Below are positions 1-9,829 of a DNA stretch of 64,000 nucleotides, one piece after another. The DNA comes from Blasia pusilla (Eukaryota): NCBI GenBank assembly GCA_050084515.1, contig CM114271.1, positions 27,714,001-27,778,000 of the forward strand, written 5' to 3'. The position numbers and the translations under genes were made by a program. A model generated the notes under the pieces. It saw only the letters and a program-made list of their open reading frames with translations. It was not told the DNA's origin and ran no database searches. Numbering within the stretch: the stretch's first letter is position 1; the number at the start of each line of letters is the position of its first letter.

Positions 1-74
1 TGATTAGTGAGGAGATACGCCTAGTCGGAAATAATAGCTCGCATAGTATGCAAGAGAATGCACTATTTGCAAGT

Positions 75-446
75 TGTCATGACCATACGGATTATGTCGT
101 AGAGTATAGTGTGCTAGTAGAGGCCATACCTTTTGTAGGGCCGTAGTGTCTAGGTAGAGATGCGGTTTCATACATAGGGTTGGGGGTTACTTAGTTGAGG
201 ATGACTTTTCCAATAGGGCCTACTCTTAGGTTGGAGGATATAGTGTGGAGTGCATTCAAAGAACAGTTAGTTCTTTGAGTTGAGCTTGTTGCGTTGGGAG
301 TTAGCCTTGGTAGTGAATAGAGCTCTTGGCTATGGTGGTTCCCGCAAGCTTCAACTTGGATTCTTCCATCATGGAGTGGGTTTGGATCGATTGTATGTGA
401 TTCTATACGTGTTTTATGACAGTAGGTCTTTCACGGATTTCACTCA
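75..446 (+). repeat. Element 1 repeat A1 (372 bp)
   Basis: Aligns without gaps to 7942-8313, about 20 mismatches by hand count. Confidence 0.95.
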
Positions 447-1705
447 AAGAAGTGGAGTAGATCGATGGTAGCTTCGATCGTGGATCAGTAGGATCTGGTT
501 AGGGCTGATTGTGTACTCAGCCGTGGATGTTTGTGGCTTGTGGCATATGTTGGAGGTGGGAATCTGGTGCGTGGTTGGCTTGGAAAGAAGCACCTTGCTG
601 AGAGTTTTCCAACGCGCTTTAGATCGCCGGATTTCGTCAAGGGAGTTGGAAGTTATCAAGGATTGAAGATTCTGGTTCGTGTTTGACGGTTTTTTGATGT
701 GGAGAGCTTGGAATGCGGAAGCTCTGTTAAAGTTCATCGAGATCGGGTGAGAGGTTCCTGTTGCTACGTGTGTTGTGATCTCATATGAAGCTATCTGCTT
801 GAGTGTGTGGAGCGTTGCGGATTTGTGTGTGCATGAATCTGGGCGGAAGCGCTGTCGGATTTGCGATTTTGGAGGTGTATGGACAACAAGTTTGTCTGAT
901 TTTTAGCTCGGAGTACAGGGCTCGGTTGTAGCTGATTTTTTGTGGAGAGATAGCTATGGTGGCCAATTGAATTAAATTTTGGTTGAGGATTTTTGGAGTA
1001 ATTGCTGATCGAAATTTCGTGGACTAGCTCAAGGTCTAGCTATGGTGGACAACACATTGGAGGGGCTGGTTGGTTGGTGATTCGTCCGTTGTTGGAGATG
1101 CCTATCTCGTTAGGGGCGCCCTGGTTGGGCCTCTCTCCATAGCAAAGCGTGGCATGTCTCGAGCATTTCTTGGCGTTTTGAGGCTTTGAGGCAACTCGAG
1201 GCAACTCATGGTAGCTCGGGGCGAGTGGGCGTGGGAGGTGGAGTAAGGAGCAAGGAGCAAGGAGCAAGCAAGCAAGCTTGCTGCTTGCTCCTTGCTTGGG
1301 TGCGAGTGCGACTAGCACGTCATCGACCAGCGGCGGAGTAGCTATTGCGTTAGAATTGTGTGGTGGGTTCTATGGATTCAGGGGGCGCCACGTTTGGTGG
1401 ATTGTGTTACCTTGATTTCCATTTGTGATTGGAGGGTTGTCGTTGGACTTCTTGTGTTTGGATCCCCTCCATCGTTGTTTCTTGCTTGCGCGCCCATTGT
1501 TAGAGTTGACGCTGATTTCCAGAGTAGTGTTACTCTTGTGTGCTACTGGTAGTGAGGTTGGAGTGATGACCAGTAGACCGTGGGAGGCTTCTTGTGGTGA
1601 TGACATGTTAGGTTACCTACACCCATAGCTAGTAGAGCTAGAATAGTACAGCGACATCGACGTCACTTGGTTACTTAGTGGTGGTGATTTGGTGGTGGTG
1701 CGGCA

Positions 1706-3290
1706 TTGGCGTTGGTCATCACGGAGCTGTCTGGTGGTCTGGTTGGGGACCGTGGTGCGGACAGTGGTGGTTTTACACAGAATGGATTGAGGTATCGGCT
1801 ACCTTTTCCACTTCCGACGGTTGATGAAGAGGAGGACGAGGGTATTTCAAACACCGAGTCTTCTACGTTTTTATCGAGTGTTACAGCTCCATTGATTTGG
1901 GACATGGATGGGATATATGGGGCCATGAAGGGCCCACGACGATACTCGGGTGCAGTGAGCACCATTGGGTCAGAGGACTTCATTCATGAGTTTGATACGT
2001 GGTGTGATATGCAAATGTTGCGGAACGCCACGTTGTTTACACCCTTCTTGGCTTGGAAGGGGTTATTTTAGCACTTGGAGGGACCACCCATGGATGATTA
2101 CCATGAGTTTAGGAAGGACCATGTTGCTGAGATTGAGGCGTGGAGACAATATTGGTCTCCAGGCTATGTGTCTATCACCCATGGTGGTATTGGTAGTAGT
2201 GCTCCTACTATGCCAGCCAGCCCGACGTTGAGTGGTACGAGTACAAGCCGGAGTGGGGGTACCAATGGAGGTACCCATGGAGGTACCAGTGAGGATACTA
2301 GTGGAGGTACTAGTGCCCCACCATCGTTCAGCCCGGTTGCAGAGTTCTTCAAGAGGTTGAAGAAGAACTATCAAGGAGTGAAGACAGAGAAGTTGAGGAG
2401 TTTCAGGAATTTGAGCGAAAGACTGGTGAGAGTCTTCGTGAGGCATACACTCGTATGCGACGCTTGATTTCAGTTACCCAAGGTGTGACTGAGGCTCAAG
2501 CAGTCTAGTTTTGGTATGGGATCTTGGACAGAGAGTTGCGCCGCAGGGTACGTAATGCTACTCTTATGAGTGATGATTCACCCACATTGACCCACGTGTT
2601 TGCTCTATCTGAGAAGAATGAGCTTAACATGGTGGAGGAGAGAGTGGTGACATCCGCATTCAATAAGGATACAACAACAACTTCTCGTGTTCAGTCAGTC
2701 CACCTCACAGTCTCGTAGTAATGGTGGTGGTAGTAGTAGTGGGAGTCGTGGGGGATACACACAACCTGAGTCAAGTCCTAGAGGGACACTTGCGCAGAGA
2801 CCATTGCCTTCATTTGCTGCCGCACAGCAAGGACAGTTAGGTTGGACATGTGGAGGTGATCATGTTAGGAGGTTTTGTCCCCAAGAGGATGGGAGACGGA
2901 CTTTGGAGGATGGGCCTCAGTCAGCCCCTACTCAGTATGATTATTGCGGGAGACCAGGTCATCCTCGAGAGCGTTGCTTTGATCTTCATCCAGAGTTGAG
3001 ATTAGGCCGCGGCCGTGGTGGAGTAGCTCCGAGAGGCCGAGGTGGTAGAGGTGGTAGAGGTGGACCAGTGGTTGGAGAGCCTATGGTGGCTACCCCTACC
3101 ACTACGAGAGAGTCAGCTATGGTTGCCAGGATTGAGCAGTTGGAGCAGAAGTTGCCTACTATGGCTGATATCCAACATAGAGCAGGTTTGGGAGTAGGGG
3201 TTTCCACCTCTTATGGAGGGGATGATCTCTCTTATATGGCAAGTGCAGCATACTTTGAGGCATCAGTTGCAGTTACGAGAGGAGCCACTC
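1706..3290 (+). pseudogene. gag: Element 1 gag (stops and frameshifts)
   Basis: RRYSGAVSTIGSEDFIHEFDTWCD block is shared with elements 2 and 3. Two zinc-knuckle remnants (TCGGDHVRRFC, YCGRPGHPRERC) and an RGG-rich tract follow. Confidence 0.85.
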
Positions 3291-3339
3291 GAGCGTCCAG
3301 TTGGGTTATCCCCTTTGGATACTACACCCATTGTATGGC

Positions 3340-4300
3340 AGTATCCGCCGGAGGGCATTTGTGTGTTTGATCTCTTTGGTGGGATTAGCATTGGTTTGGC
3401 TGCAGTGTTGCAGGCCGGTCTTCTTGTGCGGAGATATGTGTATGTGGAGCGAGATGAGACGGCCTAGAGAGTCTCATCTCGACATATCGGTCAGTTGATG
3501 CGGAGATATCCTGAGTTGTGGCCGCCATCAGCTATTCGTGGGTACCAACGTGCTTTGCCGTCACACATTGCATTGTTGGGGACGTAGGAACTTGAGAGGG
3601 TTGGTCTTGTGGATTTGGTGATTGCTGGATGGCTATGTCAGGGTCATATACGTGCTAGTCGTGGTGAGGGATTACACGACCCTAGGTCTCGATTGTTTTG
3701 GGATATGTTACAGGTGTTACGACATCTTCAAGTTCATCAGACACGTGCTCCAGCTTATATTCTGGAGAATGTTCCATTGTTGGGTGACACTCGGGCCCGG
3801 ATGATGGCGAGTGTTCATGAGGTGAGGTCTTGGATTGGACCATCGGTGTTGTTGGATGCAGCGCGAGTTGGCTCACGTGCACATCGTCCACGCTTGTGGT
3901 GGACAAACTTGTTGCCTAGGGAGGTTCTACGTCGAGCATATGATGCAGTGCAGCGGGATCCTTGCCTTATAGTGGATAGTATCTTGGATACTGGGCGACT
4001 TTCTCAAATGGCGAGGGTTATTGATTGGTCACCCATGGCAGTGGTGAACCGTGTGGGCCAGCCTAGGATGGCACTACCCACATTTGTGAGTTTTCCCTTG
4101 TCACATGCCTACAGGGAAGGTGGTTCCGGGCTTATATGGGATTCTCATGTGTGATAGTTGGTGGAGCCTTATGCTGATGAGAGAGAGCGTGCGATGGGAT
4201 TTGCTACTAGTGTGACAGCGGTTGCTTCCATTTCTGAGGCTTCACGATGTCATGTGTTGGGTCAGGCCATAGACCTGAATTGTTTGACATGGATTTTGTC
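3340..4300 (+). pseudogene. C5 cytosine DNA methyltransferase domain (DNMT3-like) inside pol of element 1
   Basis: One reading frame, interrupted only by stops. Motif I DLFGGISIG, II VERDE, IV DLVIAGWLCQG (PC mutated to LC), VI YILENV, VIII AHRPRLWWTNL, IX ERERAMGF, X VLGQAID. Confidence 0.92.
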
Positions 4301-4693
4301 TCGGATTTTGAGTCTTGGGATGGCCGAGCAATGTCAACTTTGGACTATGTCTATGGGTCTTCTACCCCTTGTGATGAGCTTGATGGCTACCGGGACGATA
4401 GAGACATCGGCTGGGGGCGAGGAGAGTAGTATTTTGCATCCTTGGAGTAAATGGGATGTAATGGCTGGGCATGTGGAGTTGGTTGCTCATGCTGGTGGAG
4501 GAGTTATTTGCTCACATGATGGTGTAGCTGAGGGTGTACCATCTTGTGAGGGGGTTGCCTAGCAGCCAATGGTGTTGTCCTCCCCCTCTAGTGTGCCAGT
4601 GGAGGAGACTTGGGATCCATTACTTGGGCCCAAGCTTAGGGGAGGTGAGAAACGACGTTTGACACAATTCCTACGTGCTTATAGGAGTTTAGC

Positions 4694-6030
4694 ATGAAGG
4701 AGTTGGGTGGTTTGGTTGGACCCGGTATACGGATTGGTTTGGCTAGTGATTCGCCAATCTTCCGTCTTCCCTACCGATATAGTGATATGGAGAGGGACTT
4801 GATTCAGAGTAGGACGTTGGACCTTTTGGAGGCTGGATTACTGGAGTTGTCGCATGGAGAGTATGCATCAGCCAATGTATTGCGTGCTAAAAAAGATGTG
4901 CATGGCAACTACACGGATAGGCGGATGTGTGGAGATTATCGTCATATCAATCGGCAGACCAAGGCTGATAGGTATGCCATGCCTACACTTGAGGAGATCT
5001 TTGATGTGATGGGACACGCAAAGATTTTCAGTACTTTAGATCTTCGGGCAAGATACCATCAGTTGCCAATTCGAGAGAGTGAAAAGGCCAAGACAACATT
5101 TTGGGGTGTCAACTCTCATGGCAAGGATTGTTTGTACCAGTGGAAATTCTTACCCTTTGGGTTGAAGAATGCACCTGCCGAGTTTCAGAGAGTGATGGGA
5201 CGGGATCCTAGGGGTTGGATTTTGTTCGGTGTTACATTGATGATATCTTGGTGTTCAGTAACACGGTGGAGGAGCATCAGATACATTTGCAGATTGTGTT
5301 TAAGCGGTTGAAAGCTCATGGTCTACGTTTGCATCCAGGAAAGTGTAAGTTCTTCCATGAGGATGTTGAGTACTTGGGTCATGTGATCTATCTAGGTGGT
5401 TTGGGAGTTCAACAAGCAAAGGTGGAGGCTATTACACTTATTCCTTGTCCGATAGATGTGAGTAGAGTTCTGGCATTCATGGGATTGGCGAACTACTATC
5501 GGAGGTATGTGAAGGAATTTAGTGCTATGGCAAAGCCTTTGAACCAATTGCTGAAATCATATCAGGAGTGGCACTGCGGAGATGATCAGGAGAGAGCTTT
5601 TATAGAGCTCAAGGCCCAGTTGGTGACGGCGCCTATCTTGAGGAGACCTATCTGAGGGCGCCCGTTTCAGTTACACACTAATTGGAGTAGGTTGGGACTT
5701 AGAGCGGTGTTGACACAACATGATGATGAGCATATGGAGTTTGTGGTGGCGTATGCAAGTCGTTCGAATAATGCAGCGGAGTCGCACTATAGTTCATATG
5801 AGGGAGAGTACTTGGTAGTAGTGTTGGCTGTGGCACACTTTAGGTGTTACTTGCTTGGCACACAATTTACCCTTGTTACTGATCACCAGCCGCTCAAGTG
5901 GTTGATGGAGTCTGACAAGCTTACAGGGAAGCTTGCACGGTGGGCTCTTATCTTATAGGAGTATGACTTCCAGATGGTACATAGACCTGGAGTTGCCAAC
6001 CTTGATGCTGATGGGTTGAGTAGGAACCCA
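4694..6030 (+). pseudogene. pol: Element 1 reverse transcriptase and RNase H
   Basis: RRMCGDYRHIN, FSTLDL, LPFGLKNAPAEFQR, CYIDDILVFS, KCKF, YASRS, TDHQPLKWL, KLARWAL. Gypsy-type order RT-RH-IN. Confidence 0.97.
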
Positions 6031-6345
6031 TGTACTAGCCAAGAGGATGCAACTAGGGCTAGATGGCATGACGAGGTTGATGAGGAGATGATGCCAGGTT
6101 AGCATGCATCCGCCTTTTTATGTTGGTTAGGGGTGGACTCTAGTATGGAGGACCACATGACATCTTACTCTACTTAGAGGGTAGATGGCTAGCCTTTAGA
6201 TCTTAAGGTTGGAGATGGTGGTACGGATCAGCGTGATATTCATGATGATGCGTTGGTGTTGGAGTTCCTACGGACCAGTAGGGTGCTAGACATAGTGAGT
6301 GCCAAGGAGCGAGACCGTGTTCTTCTACGTGCTAAGAGGTATTGA

Positions 6346-7667
6346 TTGGAGGGAACACATATTCTCCGTGTGTGGGAGGATGGTAGAGTACGAGTAGTGC
6401 CGCATTTGGCTCAGAGAGAGCGCATTGTGCGACATGCCCATGAGGAGTTGGGACATTTTGGGGTAAAGCGTACGTATAGCCTACTCCTTGGTCAGTATTG
6501 GTGGCGTGGCATGCATACTCAAGTGCAACAGTTGGTGTCACGTTGTATGGTTTGTGACTAGGTGAGGGCATCATTCAATGCCCCTACACCACAGTTACAC
6601 CCCTTGCCTATTATGGGGTTGGGTTACCGTTGGAGTGTGGACTTTGCGGGAGCGTTACCATTGACTGTACGACATCATCGATACGTCTTGATGATGGTGG
6701 AGCACTTCTCCAAGTGGATTGAGTTGGTGGCATTACCTGACAAGGCAAGTATGGGAACGGGGGATGCGTTTCTTGATAGAGTGCTTAGTCATTTTGGTGC
6801 ACCAGCTGAAGTGCTGACCGACTAGGGTACAGAGTTTCAGGGTGAGTTTCAGGTCTTGTGTGACAAGGCGTTGATTGATCATCAGACTACGTCTCGAGAT
6901 CATCCAAAGGCGGATGGTTTGGCTGAGCATGTGGTTCAGACGGTGAAGAGGGCATTGCGCAAGTATGGCCTACAGAAGGGGCATCTTGGAGACTGGGATA
7001 TTCAGTTGCCATGGGGTATAGATTCAGTCGCCAAGCGTCCTTGGCTTCCTTCTCACCTTATTTTTTGTTATACGGCCGAGATCCAGACTTGCCAGCAACA
7101 ATTCTTCGGGAGTCTAGTGAGGTGGTGAACCTTGATGACCTAGAGATGTGGATGAGAGTGTGTTCTCAACGGGTAGAGCTCTTTCGGAGAGTTATGCCAA
7201 CAGCCTTTGAGAATCTTGCCATTGCTCAACACAGGGATACGTTGCGGTATGCAACCATTTGGGGTGGAGGTTATGGACCATCAATTTGTAGGTTCCATGT
7301 GGGGGACTATGTCTATTTGCAGCAGATTGCACCGACAACGTTGGATGTGACGGGAGGCCGCACTATTTTACGAGTACGCGAGGTGTTAGCTTCTGGAGCT
7401 CTAATGTTGGAGGGTCGTGATGGAGTTGTTTGGAAGGACCATGTGCGTAATTGTGCGCCATGTCATCTTCCAAATGTGGATGGAATTGTTGACCCAAGCT
7501 TAGCCATGATACGTGCTAGCTTGAGGTGCATGTTGTGTGGGTCAACTGGTAACGCAGCCCGTATGTTGGTGTGTGATCGGTGTTCTAGGGGTTGGCACAT
7601 GATGTGTTTGACTCCACGTATGGATGTTGTTCCTACTGGAAGGTGGTTTTGTCCTCGATGTACTTAG
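6346..7667 (+). pseudogene. Element 1 DDE integrase with C-terminal PHD finger
   Basis: HEELGH...CMVCD zinc finger; SVDFAG, TD*G and GLAE catalytic core; SPYFLLYG; terminal C4HC3 motif CMLC...CDRC...WHMMC...WFCPRC then stop. Confidence 0.95.
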
Positions 7668-7820
7668 TAGATGCTTGATCTTTGCATGATATGGATTACA
7701 AATGTGCGACTAACGATGGGGCAACCTAGCACTCGGCCTTCTGATTCGTGCACCCACAAATGTGTATAGCATGTAGTAGATGTATAGGGCTACCTGGGAG
7801 TTAGAGGGACCTAAGCGCCA

Positions 7821-7832
7821 CTTAGGGGAGCG
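7821..7832 (+). promoter_or_regulatory. Putative polypurine tract directly before repeat B1
   Basis: CTTAGGGGAGCG abuts B1. Element 3 has CTAGGGGGGCG at the equivalent position. Confidence 0.7.
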
Positions 7833-8419
7833 AGTTGTGGTACACTTGTGTTTGTGGATACTCTCGTGTATGTTATGTATGTATGTGAGTATGGTATGTC
7901 AGCGATGTATGTTGTATGACGATGTGGATTCGCACGACAGTTGTCATGACCATACGGATTATGTGGTAGAGTATAGTGTGCTAGTAGAGGCCATACCTTA
8001 TGTAGGCCCGTAGTGTCTAGGTAGAGATGCACTTTCATACATAGGGTTGGGGGTTACTCAGTTGAGGGTGACTTTTCCAGTAGGGCTCGCTCTTAGGTTG
8101 GAGGATATAATGTGGAGTGCACTCAAAGAACAGTTAGTTCTTTGAGTTGAGCCTGTTGCGTTGGGAGTTAGCCTTGGTAGTGAGTAGAGCTCTTGGCTAT
8201 GGTGGTTCCCGCAAGCTTCAACCTGGATTCTCCCATCGTGGAGTGGGTTTGGCTCGATTGTATGTGATTCTATACGTGTTTTATGATAGTAGGTCTTTCA
8301 CGGATTTCACTCAGTTGTGGTACACTTGTGTTTGTGGATGCTCTCGTCTATGTTATTTATGTATGTGAGTATGATATGTCAGCGATGTATGTTGTATGAC
8401 GATGTGGATTCGCACGACA
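7833..8419 (+). repeat. Element 1 3' repeat block: B1 (7833-7939), gt, A2 (7942-8313), B2 (8313-8419)
   Basis: B1 and B2 are both 107 bp and nearly identical. A2 matches A1. Junction reads CACGACA-GT-TGTCATG. Confidence 0.95.
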
Positions 8420-8423
8420 AAGT

Positions 8424-9400
8424 AATGGATCAAATAGAGGCAGAGGTCGTGGTAGAAGTTTCCGTGGTCATGATGGATATCAAGCACATGGAGGGAGAGA
8501 CACTCAACGTAACTTTACTCAATCAACTACGAACTAGTATTAGACACATTCAGAAGGTAGTGATAGTGGAAACCATTGGGATCGAGGTCAATAGCACAGG
8601 ATCCTTAGATCTTGTAATTAGTGTGGGATAAAGATTAGTATGCAAAGTTTAGTTTCAAGAAGATGGCATGTATGAGAATGAGAGCCTTACAACGACAAAA
8701 ATATATGGTGAAACAAAACCAAGTATAGTATCAAGAACAACAACATTCACAATCTAAACACCTCTTGATCATGACTCATCATATAGAAACAACGGTCAAG
8801 AAAGACTTGACAACAAATTGATACGTCGACTTTGGTGGATCAAATCGCATCACCTTACAAGCTAAATGATTCAATAGTAGGAGCCTATGAAAGATTGTGC
8901 AATAGTTATGAGAGGAGATGAGAGAAGATGCTACTCAATATCATATCATGTATATCGGTAAAGTTCTAATAACATCAAATGGTCTTTGTGCTATTTAAAA
9001 TATTCTCTATGTTCCTACCATTACAAGAATTTTTTTTTGTAAGACAAATAATAAACAAGACTATTAGGAGAAATTTAACATAGATGGTTGTTTCATTGAA
9101 ATAATGGATGACCAAATTATGATAGCCAAAGGAATACGATCTGACAGAATGTTTAAATTAGATGTTTATATGCTAGAGATTCAAACACCAATGTATGGTT
9201 AAAGTGGCCAACAAGGAACATATCTTAATATGTGGTATAAGAAAATCAGAGATACAAATCTTCAAAGATTAGACAGTCTTTCATCATCTAATCTAGTAAT
9301 AAGACTTCCTAAATTATCGAGTCCTACTATTTTAGAGATCTGCCCCACTTGCCTATTTGGAAAACAAGCAAGATTTCCATTTCCAAAGCAAGATAGAAGA
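8424..9400 (+). mobile_element. Old Ty1/Copia remnant into which element 1 probably inserted
   Basis: Degenerate protease *YVDFGGSN (about 8820), ILYVP (about 9000) and GAG-pre-integrase-like WYKKI...CPTCLFGKQARFPFPK (9230-9390). Confidence 0.75.
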
Positions 9401-9829
9401 GTATCCAACATGGTTTCTACCTCTATTTCTAGATTTCTCTATCCACGTGTCCATTTGATAATTATTTTGTCCTCCCACCCCCCTCTCAAAGGGCCGCATA
9501 GTTCCACTATAATTAGAGGAAGCATCCGTATGCATATAGCATTTGAAATATTTTCTTGCTGCCCAATGACCACGTGTCCAAAATATAGGTGTTTGCAAAT
9601 CAAGAACGCACTCTCTAGTAATCGTTCAAGAAAAATCTGGCTTCCTATGATCGTAGTGGAAATGTATTCTATTATCCTTGAATTCTTAAACTACTCTTTT
9701 CATTGAAGCCCATGCGAATCTTCCATGGTTTTGATTGGGTTTATCATCTAGTGTATCCATGTGTCCATTTGATAATTCTAAAATTATTATGTGATATTTT
9801 AAATCAATGGTCTTATTGAGCTATCAATC

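Larger units (their letters stand above)
75..8419 (+). mobile_element. Element 1: full-length, decayed Ty3/Gypsy-type retrotransposon with DNMT and PHD domains and split direct repeats
   Basis: Starts TGTCATG (75) and ends CACGACA (8419). Flanked by AAGT on both sides (71-74, 8420-8423). Contains gag, DNMT, RT (YIDD), RNase H, integrase and PHD remnants. Confidence 0.95.

Noticed and set aside
280-471. Duplicated small ORF (also 8147-8368)
   Set aside because: Lies within repeat A, has a non-ATG start, and has no counterpart in element 3.
3340-4300. Host DNMT3/DRM gene or bacterial restriction-modification methylase
   Set aside because: Intronless, collinear inside pol in two elements, and no partner nuclease or host regulatory domains.
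75-8419. DIRS/Ngaro/PAT tyrosine-recombinase element
   Set aside because: No recombinase ORF seen. RT/RH are Gypsy-type, a DDE integrase is present, ends are TG...CA and there is a TSD.
7833-8419. Ordinary LTR pair with a truncated 5' LTR, nested solo LTR, or assembly error
   Set aside because: The TSD brackets A1 to B2, the repeat copies have diverged from each other, and a second family shows the same junctions.
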